A stretch of DNA of 64,000 nucleotides, taken from IMG/VR virus record IMGVR_UViG_3300007734_000758; one strand, written 5' to 3'. This document shows, one piece after another, positions 37,772-49,005 of this stretch. Positions within the stretch are counted from its first letter, which is position 1. Each line of letters begins with the position of its first letter. The notes beneath the pieces are model-generated. The model had not been told where the DNA came from, ran no database searches, and saw only the letters and a list, made by a program, of their open reading frames with translations. Source of the stretch: a virus. The translations under genes and the position numbers were made by a program.

Positions 37772-38530
37772 TTAAGAATTGAATAATGAATCGAATGCGG
37801 CGGATACATCTTTAACACCGGTTGATTTTGCAGGTGCTGCGGTTTCTGATTCCGTATCCTCGTCACCAGCAGTTGCAGTGTTTTCAGGATTCATCCAATT
37901 TTCTAATGCAGTACGCAACTCTTCATAAGTTGGTTCATTAAACAAATCTGTAATCGTAGGTTGTTCTTTAATAAGATTGATTACATCCGGATCTGCAGTG
38001 ATAGGCGTAGTATTCGGTTTAACACGTATCTGTGTTTTAGGATATGCACCAGGTTTTTCTGCTGCAATAAATTCAACAGTAATATCACGTCCCGCTTTCG
38101 GATCTGTGATATCGCCGTAATCCGGATCTACCATGAAACTCAGCAATTCAGAATAAACTGACTTACCGAAGCCCCAAAATTTAACACCTTCATTCTCCTT
38201 ACCACGAACCAGGATCGGTACATATGTACGCATTTTAGGTTCTAACTTTTTACCCATACGCCATTCATCAGAGTTTCCAGATGTCTTTAATTTTTCAGCG
38301 AATTCTACAATTGGGTCAGCCTTACCGAAAGAAGCGGGAGAGAGATAGATCTTCTTTCCGATGTCATAATGAAACAACAATTCAATAAATGGATTTTCTT
38401 TATTGTGCTTGTAAGGTACGATTCGAATCTGATGTGTACCTGGTTCAGGCTTCCAAATATTGGTTTGTTTTGTGGTCTGTTTCTGTAACTGATTAAGTTT
38501 CGATTTGATTAAATCTAAGTTGATTGCCAT
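37772..38530 (-). CDS. single-stranded DNA-binding protein (gp32-like)
   Basis: WKP..G...IRIVP, DP+.E, DITDP..GRD, acidic tail ending FDSLF. Confidence 0.8.
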   Translation of the reverse strand: MAINLDLIKSKLNQLQKQTTKQTNIWKPEPGTHQIRIVPYKHNKENPFIELLFHYDIGKKIYLSPASFGKADPIVEFAEKLKTSGNSDEWRMGKKLEPKMRTYVPILVRGKENEGVKFWGFGKSVYSELLSFMVDPDYGDITDPKAGRDITVEFIAAEKPGAYPKTQIRVKPNTTPITADPDVINLIKEQPTITDLFNEPTYEELRTALENWMNPENTATAGDEDTESETAAPAKSTGVKDVSAAFDSLFNS

Positions 38531-38604
38531 AAGTAATCCTTTGGTTTAAATTGTTAAGTAATAATTGATTTAAATATATAAAAATAATTCGTTAAGTACA
38601 AATG

Positions 38605-38994
38605 CTAAATGTTTCTAACCTCAAAAAAATGCAACTTAATTTGACGTAAATTACCCTCACTGGTCAGCAATAGGCTATTACTATATAAGGCCCAATTGAT
38701 CGGTAATGTTTTATCTAATACTCCGTTATTCATATTCCTAATAATCACATTCAACGCGTTCACAGTATATAAAGTATTAGATTCCTTCTTCCTATGAATA
38801 AGAATAGTATTTTTTCCGTAATCTACCAAATTAGTTCGTAAAATATTATAGGTGCAGTATAAATCATTCGAGTTGGCTGTATTTTCAAATACGAAAATTC
38901 GTTTTTCTGGAAGTTCATATGTTTTACTTACATAATCAATAACCAGATCTAAATCAGACTTTTTAACGAATGTGCATAGCAACTGCGTGTTCAC
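38605..38994 (-). CDS. hypothetical protein (GTG start)
   Basis: QLLCTF, HRKKESNTLYT.NALN; ends in TAG. Confidence 0.65.
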   Translation of the reverse strand: MNTQLLCTFVKKSDLDLVIDYVSKTYELPEKRIFVFENTANSNDLYCTYNILRTNLVDYGKNTILIHRKKESNTLYTVNALNVIIRNMNNGVLDKTLPINWALYSNSLLLTSEGNLRQIKLHFFEVRNI

Positions 38995-39033
38995 TTAATA
39001 TCCTACTTCATTCCTCTGTTCTTTCGATAGGTA

Positions 39034-40368
39034 TCACAATTGTAATTCTAACATTGAACCGTAATCTGTTCCTGCTTTGACCTTTACTGGATACTTACTA
39101 CTTAATATATTATAAATACCTACCAATACATTTTTTCCTTCTGCAGGATCAACATCAAATAGGAATGAATCATAAGTATATAGAACAAGTTTGGAATTGT
39201 ACTGCTTTAGGTATTCATTGATTTCGTTTATAACTAGTATACCCGTTTCAAACTCTAATGCCTGCAGGTAGTAGTTGAAAAGTTTATTATTAGTGATGTC
39301 TGAAAAGTTACTTGCATATAGTTTTCTACCGAATACCGGAGTTTCGATATATCCCCTAGTAATGAATGTAGTCCATAAATTACGAGTCAAGTCCTTTACA
39401 CGCTTAAACAATTCTATATCTTGATACTCAGGGTCAGTACCACCAAATACCTGCTTGAATGTTATCTGTTTTGCAACCTCATACTCATCTGCATCAATGG
39501 TATCCTTTTGAAAGTATATCTTCGCAAAGTGTTCGTGAATCGATTCCTCATCGAAACTGTATCCAACACACTGACTAATCAATCGTAAGTGAAACGAATC
39601 AAAATCAAACTCAAACAATTTACCACCATTAAACCTGGATACGAATACTTCGCGTGACCCATCCTCTTTATTCAATGCTGCAAAGTTAACGGTACCAAAA
39701 TTATTACTAGGACGGCCTGTCGTTGTATAGATATTATACAAAGAATGCACTAAGTTTCCACGCAATGGATATTTAGGAAACATTTGCCGGAAACGTTTTT
39801 CATTCACACAAATACCATTAGATTCTAAAATCTTTAGTGAATCCAATACCAACCCATTGTATATATCAGAAACAGAGTCCGTTTCAAAACGTTTCACTTC
39901 CGGGAGGAATAGCTCTAGTAACCGATCACAATATTCGATGTGTTTAGTGATCGGAATAATCTTATTGTCACTCATTACTGACGAGTACCAACGTTCAAGA
40001 TAAGAGGAATAACCCTCTCGAATCTTTTCTATCGGTAGGTGAGAATTATTATTTAGCCAGTAAACTAATTCTATATCATAGGACTCTTTAGGAACCCATA
40101 GGGGCATCCATTTTTTCCGGTATACAAAGATATTATGGCTATGAGAACATGCCCCTATGGCGTTCATATCAATGCTAAGGGCGTCTAAATGATTTACCGG
40201 AAGTACCGCTCTCTCTTCCTTATCAATAAAGTAAACGTACACTAACGAGACCGGATTATTCACATAATGTAAATGCGAAGAACTGAATACTGGTATCCAT
40301 ATGGAGTCCGATTCGGACAGCATATCCTGAAACCATTCTATATCAGTATTACATTCAATGAATCGCAT
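39034..40368 (-). CDS. divergent family A DNA polymerase-like protein
   Basis: TTTGRPS, EFDFDSFHLRL (motif A), AKQITF..VFG (motif B), NYYLQ, YTYDS (motif C). Confidence 0.8.
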   Translation of the reverse strand: MRFIECNTDIEWFQDMLSESDSIWIPVFSSSHLHYVNNPVSLVYVYFIDKEERAVLPVNHLDALSIDMNAIGACSHSHNIFVYRKKWMPLWVPKESYDIELVYWLNNNSHLPIEKIREGYSSYLERWYSSVMSDNKIIPITKHIEYCDRLLELFLPEVKRFETDSVSDIYNGLVLDSLKILESNGICVNEKRFRQMFPKYPLRGNLVHSLYNIYTTTGRPSNNFGTVNFAALNKEDGSREVFVSRFNGGKLFEFDFDSFHLRLISQCVGYSFDEESIHEHFAKIYFQKDTIDADEYEVAKQITFKQVFGGTDPEYQDIELFKRVKDLTRNLWTTFITRGYIETPVFGRKLYASNFSDITNNKLFNYYLQALEFETGILVINEINEYLKQYNSKLVLYTYDSFLFDVDPAEGKNVLVGIYNILSSKYPVKVKAGTDYGSMLELQL

Positions 40369-40401
40369 ACTGAGTAATATTAATAAATTAGGTTGAAACT
40401 A

Positions 40402-40761
40402 TCAAATCGAATATTCTGACAAATCTCTAAAGTATGTTTGTATACCTGGGAAGTCTACAGATACCAGTACCAATGTATCTCGATTGGTGATTGCTATCTG
40501 TTCTGGAGTGCCTTTAATTCTCCATTTCATCGTTCCGCGTTTCCACAATATAGGGTCTATGCCAGTATTATCTCCGTAGCTATTATAAGAATCTTCTGAT
40601 ATTTCAACAAATACAGTTAATTCGTTTCGTTTCTGTACAAAGTAACGATTTATAAAGCCTAATCGTACGTCTCTTTCGGTCACAGATGGCTTCGATTCAG
40701 AGAATGAATTCCTTTCTAGCGGATGTGCTGGTGGGCCTAATATAAAGTCTATATCAATCAT
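40402..40761 (-). CDS. hypothetical protein (baseplate region)
   Basis: Coupled to upstream gene; RYFVQK, WRIKG. Confidence 0.6.
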   Translation of the reverse strand: MIDIDFILGPPAHPLERNSFSESKPSVTERDVRLGFINRYFVQKRNELTVFVEISEDSYNSYGDNTGIDPILWKRGTMKWRIKGTPEQIAITNRDTLVLVSVDFPGIQTYFRDLSEYSI

Positions 40762-43700
40762 TTAAGTCGTCCTGTAGTTTGATCAATTAATTTTGCATTG
40801 CTAGGTTTATTGGTATAATTGTTATTTAACCAACCTACCGGATCGATATTATTTCCGGAATTTCCATCATACCATATTTCATAATGTAAATGCGGTCCGG
40901 TACCCGCCGTACCTGTAGTTCCTATAACTTGCCCACGCGTAACATATGTGTCATTTGCAACCGCAGCACTCCTACCATGACCAAAGATATGCCAATTACG
41001 GTTTTTATCTACCAACACCATATACTGTTTATTTCCTAAATTTCCATCTCCCGAATTATTACCTAAACTACCATTACCGGCTCGAATAAATACAACACCA
41101 TCTGCAGGTGCTACTATCTCAGAACCTATACCCACTCCCACATCTATGCCTTCATGAGCTCTAGTAATACCATTAATAGATCTGTTAGCCTGAGGTAGGC
41201 TTGAAATTTTACCTTGAACTGTATTGTTTAATGGTATCCATGATGGATAACCAGGAGTCCATCCCGATATCGACTGTCGTGTCTGTGATGCTGCGGATGC
41301 TGGAGTGGCGTCTTTAATTACGTCCCCGTATAAAGACCCCCCATTCGGATTAAGGTCACATACCGTTTTTAAATTTGTAGTCCATTTATTATTAGCATCA
41401 ACAGTATGTGTAACATTCAAAACTCTAAATACAGTATTTTTATACCCGGATAACTGCGGTATAATTGATAAATTTATCAAATCGCCGAACTCAAATCCAT
41501 TAATACCGTCAACCGTCAAATCAATATTTAACGGGTACGGGATAACTCCATCTTTACGGACGACTTCTTTAGGTACCGTATTTATGAACTCACGAACTGC
41601 AGATTTGAGGGGATCTACTCCCGTTTCATTTGCTTCAGAATCAGCAAAAACAAATACACGTTTATAAAATAAATCCTCGATAGCTATTTGGTGTTTCGTG
41701 TATTCATCCAGATTTTTATTTTCTGACAATTCGCTAGCTGTAGAACCTTCAATACTCGCTTCAGCATATGCATTCATTGCGATCGCATCTTTAGGTATCG
41801 TCATTGAAACGTTAGTATTAATCGTTACGCCGTCGGTAGTTATATTTTCAAACACGATCGGTTTTAATGGGTCGTTGGGAGGTATGGTGTTGAATTTTTT
41901 ATTCACTAAAATTATACGAACACCAGACTCATCGTGTTGCGGGATCATATCGATATCGAAAAAACCACCCGACGCGTCGCGTATTAATGAAAATATTTTT
42001 TTCAGGAATGATTCCAATGACAGTTTAACTGCCGGCGTTTCCGTGCTTTCGATACGTTCGGATGTAGGTTTTGTTTCTTCTGTTTCACGAACCGATTCGA
42101 ATATACGAATTATTTCATCTACATTGATTAATATCTTTGTAAGATCCACTGAATTGGTCACAGCCTCATTACCGGTCAATCGTGTAAAAACTAACTGATC
42201 GCCGCCGCGTTTTGCATCTACCGAAAAATCATAACCAATAACACCTGCCGTGGATGAATCACCGCCCGTTGCATTTTGTATCAGCCAATAACGCGTAGCT
42301 TTTGTTTGATCGGCATACGTCACATCAAACCCAGCAGCGTCAGTAACTACCCATTTACCATTTTTATAAATCACGGTCGTCTGTGGAAGCGATAGCCCGG
42401 GGGTATTTATGTCGACTGCTACTACTTCGCCGGTCGTACTATTAACGGCTTCGATCGGTATGGTAACAGTTGAGTTTGCTGGTATTTCTACATTACTACC
42501 AGCTAACGTACTAACTGCTTCGGCGATTGCATTTGCAGTACCGTAATCTCCTACTTTTTTTATGTAGGGGGGTTTCGAACTACCACCATCCCAATTCGTC
42601 CATACAACCCTCATAGGATCGCCAGAACACAAATATTCGTAATTAGGTGCGCGCAAAAACTCATTAGTACATACAAATTCAAACCCAACCTCATTAGTCC
42701 CACTAGGCAACGTACGTGTTTCTGGCGTAGCAATGTTAGTCGTGGTTGTCGTGTTAGCATCATCGAACTGTTTAAGTAAACGTTCTTTATTTGCAGGTAC
42801 GATTATTTTATTGATTAGAATATTTACTAAGTAACCCAAAGTAATATATATACCCGTATATTCGGCATTCGTAAATTTCTCTGCAAGCCAACCCAGTCGT
42901 CTAGAAGCTAGAATTCCTTTTTGAGGTAAATTCGGATAAACTACCATTGCATGACATGCAGTATCGGGCAACTTTTCACCTAAATAAGGCAACTTATTTC
43001 TAGGATCAAAAACTAGTTTTGTCTTTGTTGCGAGCCTTCCTTTAAGTCCAGAAGCTGCCGGTTCTTCCGGATTATTACCAACAAATAGATTATAGTATAT
43101 CACGTCGATTATGCTTGAAATATTCCGTTTAACGGAATTTCCTTGCCGATTCACAATAGAAAGGCCATTCAATCCAGGAACCTTTAAATTATTCACAGTT
43201 GTGTACATGTCGAAACCTCTCCCGACTGTATTCGCTGATCCCATGGCAAAGAATTTACATTCTATTATGAAAGAAGCACCACCCTTTACATTAAATTCGT
43301 ATTTATATATTACTAGATTATTACATACTAATTTTTTAAAGTCTTGTGCGGTAGTCGAATCTTCTTTGAATTTCATATCCCAAGTAGACTTATACGGATA
43401 TGATATTTCAATATCAACTAAATTATTCGGTCGTAGAAAAATACTTTCTAACCTATTAAAATCATTTAAGCTGTAAACGTTAAATGTTACTTCTGCTGTT
43501 AATAACATTCCAAATTGACCTGCCACAGATACCTGAACGTCAGTGATGCCTGGTAACGGTCTTGGTGCGCCTACTTCCGGATTCATATTATATATCGACC
43601 CAAAATCGCAGGCATCGGTATCGGTGTTTACTGGAAAGGTATATTGATCGACTACAATTTGTGTAGTACTCGGCAACGTTTTGTCTAGATAGGCAGCACT

Positions 43701-44057
43701 TATAAATGGTTGAGTTGTATCTGGAACCTCTCGATTTGTAAAACTTGTAACGTTACCATCACGATTTACATTCACTTCATGCCAAGCACCCGTATTACTA
43801 CCTACAGGTATTATGTATACATACTCTTTACCATCGCGACCTGTTCTAGCATTATTCGGAATAGACCCGGCCGTAGTAGAAGCACGCAGACTAGATTGAA
43901 TACGTTTACCCGTGACCTTTACTTTTGCAGGAAATACTTGGCGCTGTTCCGGTCCTACATTACACGGATCATCCGGATTACCATATACCAGTTTAGGTTT
44001 CTGCTCGTCACGTAACTGCTCATATATCCTAGAAGTACCTTTAAATTTGAAACCCAT
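40758..44057 (-). CDS. baseplate hub/tail-tip protein with C-terminal M23 peptidase
   Basis: HEGID (HxxxD), GPHLHYE (HxH); hub-like DLTVDGING...VTHTV..WTT segment. Confidence 0.8.
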   Translation of the reverse strand: MGFKFKGTSRIYEQLRDEQKPKLVYGNPDDPCNVGPEQRQVFPAKVKVTGKRIQSSLRASTTAGSIPNNARTGRDGKEYVYIIPVGSNTGAWHEVNVNRDGNVTSFTNREVPDTTQPFISAAYLDKTLPSTTQIVVDQYTFPVNTDTDACDFGSIYNMNPEVGAPRPLPGITDVQVSVAGQFGMLLTAEVTFNVYSLNDFNRLESIFLRPNNLVDIEISYPYKSTWDMKFKEDSTTAQDFKKLVCNNLVIYKYEFNVKGGASFIIECKFFAMGSANTVGRGFDMYTTVNNLKVPGLNGLSIVNRQGNSVKRNISSIIDVIYYNLFVGNNPEEPAASGLKGRLATKTKLVFDPRNKLPYLGEKLPDTACHAMVVYPNLPQKGILASRRLGWLAEKFTNAEYTGIYITLGYLVNILINKIIVPANKERLLKQFDDANTTTTTNIATPETRTLPSGTNEVGFEFVCTNEFLRAPNYEYLCSGDPMRVVWTNWDGGSSKPPYIKKVGDYGTANAIAEAVSTLAGSNVEIPANSTVTIPIEAVNSTTGEVVAVDINTPGLSLPQTTVIYKNGKWVVTDAAGFDVTYADQTKATRYWLIQNATGGDSSTAGVIGYDFSVDAKRGGDQLVFTRLTGNEAVTNSVDLTKILINVDEIIRIFESVRETEETKPTSERIESTETPAVKLSLESFLKKIFSLIRDASGGFFDIDMIPQHDESGVRIILVNKKFNTIPPNDPLKPIVFENITTDGVTINTNVSMTIPKDAIAMNAYAEASIEGSTASELSENKNLDEYTKHQIAIEDLFYKRVFVFADSEANETGVDPLKSAVREFINTVPKEVVRKDGVIPYPLNIDLTVDGINGFEFGDLINLSIIPQLSGYKNTVFRVLNVTHTVDANNKWTTNLKTVCDLNPNGGSLYGDVIKDATPASAASQTRQSISGWTPGYPSWIPLNNTVQGKISSLPQANRSINGITRAHEGIDVGVGIGSEIVAPADGVVFIRAGNGSLGNNSGDGNLGNKQYMVLVDKNRNWHIFGHGRSAAVANDTYVTRGQVIGTTGTAGTGPHLHYEIWYDGNSGNNIDPVGWLNNNYTNKPSNAKLIDQTTGRLK

Positions 44058-44058
44058 A

Positions 44059-44370
44059 TTATCTATTGTTTTGTTTGTTTTGCAGTGAACTGTTTATATC
44101 GGTATCATCTAACGGCAACGGTATACGTATTCTGGTTCCTGGTGTTATGTACATTGAACCTTTAGATACCCCCGGATTCACGTCAGCGATTATCCACCAC
44201 TTAGTAACATCATTGTAATACCGTTGCGCTAATAGATCTAAACGGTCACCTGCAGTAACGTATATATAAACATCACTAGATTTAGCTTCGTAATATGGAT
44301 ATAGTGTGCTAGAATAATATCGTTTGTTTGTATCCGAAAATCGTACAGGTGAATATGCGTATCTATTCAT
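44059..44370 (-). CDS. LysM-like baseplate wedge protein (gp53 / tail X-like)
   Basis: GDRLDLLAQRYY.D...WWIIA..N...PG..IRIP. Confidence 0.85.
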   Translation of the reverse strand: MNRYAYSPVRFSDTNKRYYSSTLYPYYEAKSSDVYIYVTAGDRLDLLAQRYYNDVTKWWIIADVNPGVSKGSMYITPGTRIRIPLPLDDTDINSSLQNKQNNR

Positions 44371-44394
44371 ATACTATAAATATCGTAACATGTA

Positions 44395-46596
44395 TTATTC
44401 TACAGTATTAATACTATAGACCGGTGAATCTGCACATGACAGCCGTTTACCTATATAGGTAAAGTCAACATCGACAGTTATATATTTCGGTGCCTGTTTA
44501 TCCGCTTCTATTTCCCATGGAGTTTCATTATCTATTGAATATGATAACGAATCAATTAACATGACTTCATCAACAAACAAATCACCAATGGTAACCTCAA
44601 CGAAATTACCTAGAGGCGGATTATCTTTCGATAAAATAGGCATCGTTAGGTTAGCTAAATTCTTCAATTTCTTATACACCGGTTCTAATTCATCTCTAGA
44701 CTCAACAGTAACGACAAATGAAATGCTAATCGATCTATCGAACGCATTATACATATATCGATTGAATGCAGAGTTTTGTAATTTTTCTGCTTCCCATTGC
44801 GGACCGAATCTATCGTTTATGCTACTTAAATATGCACGAAAATAGACCGGAGCACCACCGGGATATTTTGCGAATCGAAACTTGATAATTCCATTATCAT
44901 CATCAAATCCATTCTTGTTATCATCAGTGCCCAGATCTGTCGTATTACCGCGAATATTTTTTGATAATTCTTCGGTTTCTAACTTACCAACGTATTTTCT
45001 TTTTAGTGCTGCTTTGCTTTGATCATCTAAATACGCAATAAAATTATTTTTCTTTGTAGACACGCTCGCTGCTTTGCGTACTTGGCCATATGATAATGTA
45101 GAATATTTTTGAACTAACCCATTTTCGCCTGTATTAGGATTGTTCTTGAATCCAGGATATGTGCTATCTACGTTATTATTAGCGATTCGAGTGTTTCCGG
45201 GTGAATAATCAGTTATTTTTAAGCTAGAATCTAGGCGCTTTGCTAATCGATTGTTACCTGTATAGTCAATAGAATTTTTATCGGTTACTACCGCTGAATT
45301 AGGTCCCGGGTATGTATTTCGATTCCTGGACAAATTATTGTCCGGTTTATCTTCTATTATTACTGTGTATGGTGCTTCAATATTATAAATGTTCCCCAAA
45401 TCTTTACCATCAAAACTTACCTTACTATTAGTAAACCGGCGTATTTCAGTCAAACCAACACCCAGGAATGATTTCGGGCCAGTAGCACCAGATAATGTTT
45501 TAAATGAAGCACCTATAGATAATGGATTTACGATTGTAGTAGATACGGATTCGCCAATGGTAGGTATCACCTTCGCACCCCCAGGTTCAAATACCGAATC
45601 AATTGTTATTGTGGTTTTTTTAAGAATTTCATCACGCAATTTAACGAGACGGTTAAAATTAGTTGCAAGTCCACCATTACCGCGTGTTTTGATAACTTCT
45701 TCATACGTCCCGTCAGATCCTTTACCTAAAATCCCATGTCTAGGCAAACGAATACCCAAGCCAGAAGCTGCTGTGTTCGCTAACAGATTTATTGGTAAAA
45801 ACGTTTTTGTATTTGATGGATAATTTGCAAACGGCGTTCTAGCCTCACCTATTGCATTTTCCACATTCGGATTCATCAATTGAAGACCGAACTGTGTAAC
45901 TAAAAAACTAATGCCTTTCGGTGATGCTAGAAATTTACTAATTCTAAGTACATCATTACTTGCACGATCTGAATATGATGCAAACCCGCTTCTAGGAAAA
46001 TCAATGACTGATGTTGAAGTACCACCCCAACGTTGCGGATCAATTGAACCTTCACGTTGAATTCCACGTAATATATACGGTTCTTTTATATAACTTGAAT
46101 TGTATGAATCTTCACGTAAATTAAATCTGTTATATACATCCTCGATTGGAGTATTGCTTAGATAGGTTTCACGTAAGAATCCCCTACGATCCCCGCTAGG
46201 AACTGCAAGATCTTCATATCTATTTGTTTCGTAAAATCCGGTATGGGGTTCTGGTTTCCATTGATATATTTCACCCTTATAACTCTTTGGGAACGGATAA
46301 CCCTCACCGCCCTGAGCAGATCGCTTAGCGATACCCATATCGAACATTGAGTTCTTAGTAGGAAAATCATCCTTTGCAGTGATATACTTTATAAAGTAAG
46401 GTCTTCCATTAACACCAATTCCTTCTACTCTAACTACCGGAGGTTTAACCGCTAAACCAGGAGTCATCGGAGCACCCTTTCCTGCTTTAGGCGGAATAAA
46501 TCTACTCTCACTATCATTTGGGATAGGAGTATCTGGCGTAAAATTTGGCTTTGGGCCGCGCCATACTAAGTCCGATTGTAGTTTTACTAATGGCAT
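44395..46596 (-). CDS. baseplate / tail-tube initiator-like protein
   Basis: C-terminal FRAYL..I.D, R.ISISF, TIGD, WEI, P.YI.V tube-like domain; follows tape measure. Confidence 0.6.
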   Translation of the reverse strand: MPLVKLQSDLVWRGPKPNFTPDTPIPNDSESRFIPPKAGKGAPMTPGLAVKPPVVRVEGIGVNGRPYFIKYITAKDDFPTKNSMFDMGIAKRSAQGGEGYPFPKSYKGEIYQWKPEPHTGFYETNRYEDLAVPSGDRRGFLRETYLSNTPIEDVYNRFNLREDSYNSSYIKEPYILRGIQREGSIDPQRWGGTSTSVIDFPRSGFASYSDRASNDVLRISKFLASPKGISFLVTQFGLQLMNPNVENAIGEARTPFANYPSNTKTFLPINLLANTAASGLGIRLPRHGILGKGSDGTYEEVIKTRGNGGLATNFNRLVKLRDEILKKTTITIDSVFEPGGAKVIPTIGESVSTTIVNPLSIGASFKTLSGATGPKSFLGVGLTEIRRFTNSKVSFDGKDLGNIYNIEAPYTVIIEDKPDNNLSRNRNTYPGPNSAVVTDKNSIDYTGNNRLAKRLDSSLKITDYSPGNTRIANNNVDSTYPGFKNNPNTGENGLVQKYSTLSYGQVRKAASVSTKKNNFIAYLDDQSKAALKRKYVGKLETEELSKNIRGNTTDLGTDDNKNGFDDDNGIIKFRFAKYPGGAPVYFRAYLSSINDRFGPQWEAEKLQNSAFNRYMYNAFDRSISISFVVTVESRDELEPVYKKLKNLANLTMPILSKDNPPLGNFVEVTIGDLFVDEVMLIDSLSYSIDNETPWEIEADKQAPKYITVDVDFTYIGKRLSCADSPVYSINTVE

Positions 46597-48713
46597 TATG
46601 CGAATGAATTATTTACCTTTACCTGTTCTCCAATTGCTCCAACTGCTCCCCTACCTATAACTATCTGCGTACTGCGAACTGCATTTGCAAATGCGTCTGC
46701 CATACGATTATAATCTATTTCAGGAGCAGAACCGCCTCTACCACCTAAATTAGTACCAGCAACAATGGTATCTCTATCATTGAGTGCATATGCTCCTTCC
46801 GGGCCACTTAATACTCTACTGTATCCTGCAGGACCGGATAACGGCGACATGACCATATCATCCTGTTTACTTATCAATCTTTCCAATCCACCAGCGACTG
46901 CAGCTGCTGCAGCAATGCCTAACGCTGCTTTTACCGGATTAGTTGCTGCTCGTGCGACAGCGAGACCAATCGCTTGACGTTTTGCATATAACATTCGAGC
47001 ACCAACAATCGCTAATATCGGCAATAAATATTTCATACCGCTTACAATCAAACTAACTGTCTGCGCAATAAACGAGAAGATAGGGGCAATTGCACTAACA
47101 ATCGATAAAATCGGAGGCATTAATTCAGATTTTATTTTATCTAAACTAGTAGTTAATTGTTCCGTTGCCTGTACACTTTTAGCTCGGTTTGCAACCTCTT
47201 CTGAAGTCAGGTTATTTATATTCCCTAAATCACTTCCATATTTTGATACTAATGCAGCCTCCTCAGCTGTCATGTTCATTGTCTTTTCCTGCAATACCAT
47301 TGAACGCTGCAATTCATCTACAGTTAAGCCAGTAGCAGTTGCAATTGCATTACGTTGTAACGCGTTCATTTGTTCGAATTCGGCAATCGAACCTACCTGA
47401 TTCAATACCTCTTTAGTTGCACCTGCAATATCACCCTCAATCGCCAATCTTCTTGCGGCATCGAAATTTAACTGCCTACCAATCATTGCAGATGCTTCAA
47501 ACTGTGCGGTTAATGATTTTTCAATATCAAGTAAACCTTCTGCGACAGTCGATGCTTTTTCTAATGAGAGGCCTATTTTTGCCATCTCAACCGCAGCTTT
47601 GGCTAATGCTTTAGGATTTCCTGCAAAGTATTTAGATGCAACGCCTGCATTCTTTGCAATATCTTCCATTACCTTAGCAGGCTGTACACCGGCAGCTTCT
47701 GCCAAAGCCATCGTAGCAGTCGATATGTCTGATGCTACTTGTGGCGATACATTTCCTATCTGTTCAAATGATCTTTGTACCTGAGCAACAGTATCTACAC
47801 TAACACCAAACGCATCTGCCATACCAGCTACATTTTGTACAGTTTCTGCTGATATTAGGTTTAAATTACCAAACTCTTTAACCAATGCTACGTTTGCATC
47901 TAGTATTTCTTTCTGTGTAGATAATCTATTTTCCGAAGATGCCTGTAACTCATAACTCTGTTTTACTAATTCTGCTGATTGGTCGACAGTAAGTCCAGTA
48001 GCAGTTGCGGTTTCTTCTGCGGATTGTCTGAATTTATCTAATACAATGAACGCACCGGCAATCAATCCAACCGTCGCTGCCATGGCTAATTGTGCACCGC
48101 TAACATACGTACCAAATTTTTTCATACCGGCACTGAGTGCTTGCATCGGACTTTCGCCCCGTTTCAATGATTCACCTATAGCACCGATCGAATCAGATAT
48201 TCCTTTTGATACTTTAGAACCTAAATTATCTAAACCCAAAGCTTTTTGTAAAAAACCGCCGGCCGGTAATGACTTAAAAACCTTATCTAATGTGGTTTGT
48301 AGTTTTTCTGACTGATCTACCGCCATATTTAACGCTTGACCAAAAAATGGCATCTTTTTATTAATCTGAGCAATATTTCTTAATTGTTTTCGTTGCGCTT
48401 CGATTATTCTCAATTGTACTTCATAAGCCTCGCGAGTAATTTTACCAATAGTAACTGATGTATCAAGTTCTTCTTCTTTCGATTTTAATATCTTTGCTGC
48501 ATTAGTAAAATTCTTTTTATTAAATGAAACAAGCGATTTAACCGTATCAGTGAGTTTACCGGTTAAATCTAGATATTCTTCTTGTAATTCGTTTAATTCT
48601 TGCTGTGCCCGTAAAACGTCATTTACATACTCTTCATATTGAGCGGGTGTAATAGTACCCCGTTCTTTTTGCTGAAATAGCTTATCAATTTCACTAATTC
48701 TTTTTTTTGCCAT
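46596..48713 (-). CDS. tape measure protein
   Basis: Long Ala/Leu-rich helical protein with hydrophobic patches downstream of tube and chaperone. Confidence 0.8.
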   Translation of the reverse strand: MAKKRISEIDKLFQQKERGTITPAQYEEYVNDVLRAQQELNELQEEYLDLTGKLTDTVKSLVSFNKKNFTNAAKILKSKEEELDTSVTIGKITREAYEVQLRIIEAQRKQLRNIAQINKKMPFFGQALNMAVDQSEKLQTTLDKVFKSLPAGGFLQKALGLDNLGSKVSKGISDSIGAIGESLKRGESPMQALSAGMKKFGTYVSGAQLAMAATVGLIAGAFIVLDKFRQSAEETATATGLTVDQSAELVKQSYELQASSENRLSTQKEILDANVALVKEFGNLNLISAETVQNVAGMADAFGVSVDTVAQVQRSFEQIGNVSPQVASDISTATMALAEAAGVQPAKVMEDIAKNAGVASKYFAGNPKALAKAAVEMAKIGLSLEKASTVAEGLLDIEKSLTAQFEASAMIGRQLNFDAARRLAIEGDIAGATKEVLNQVGSIAEFEQMNALQRNAIATATGLTVDELQRSMVLQEKTMNMTAEEAALVSKYGSDLGNINNLTSEEVANRAKSVQATEQLTTSLDKIKSELMPPILSIVSAIAPIFSFIAQTVSLIVSGMKYLLPILAIVGARMLYAKRQAIGLAVARAATNPVKAALGIAAAAAVAGGLERLISKQDDMVMSPLSGPAGYSRVLSGPEGAYALNDRDTIVAGTNLGGRGGSAPEIDYNRMADAFANAVRSTQIVIGRGAVGAIGEQVKVNNSFA

Positions 48714-48973
48714 TACTTTATATGACCTTTATCTCTATACAACTTAACTAAATCGTTTTCTGGATCTATTTTAGCCAAATGCTTAATAAGCGAAATCATA
48801 CGTTTGTTATAGTTTGCATAATCTATGAATGCCGCTTTTAATTCAGGATCATCTTCCATTTGATGAATTGCTTTTTTTAAGGTACGTTGTACTTTAGGCG
48901 CCAAGAAAGTACGCAATAAGATTGCAGCCACATTTTCTTGTATACGTATACGATAGTTTCTTTCAGCACTCAT
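48713..48973 (-). CDS. hypothetical protein
   Basis: Late motif and AGGA upstream. Confidence 0.6.
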   Translation of the reverse strand: MSAERNYRIRIQENVAAILLRTFLAPKVQRTLKKAIHQMEDDPELKAAFIDYANYNKRMISLIKHLAKIDPENDLVKLYRDKGHIK

Positions 48974-49005
48974 ATTATTCCTGATTATATACTATAAATA
49001 TGTAA

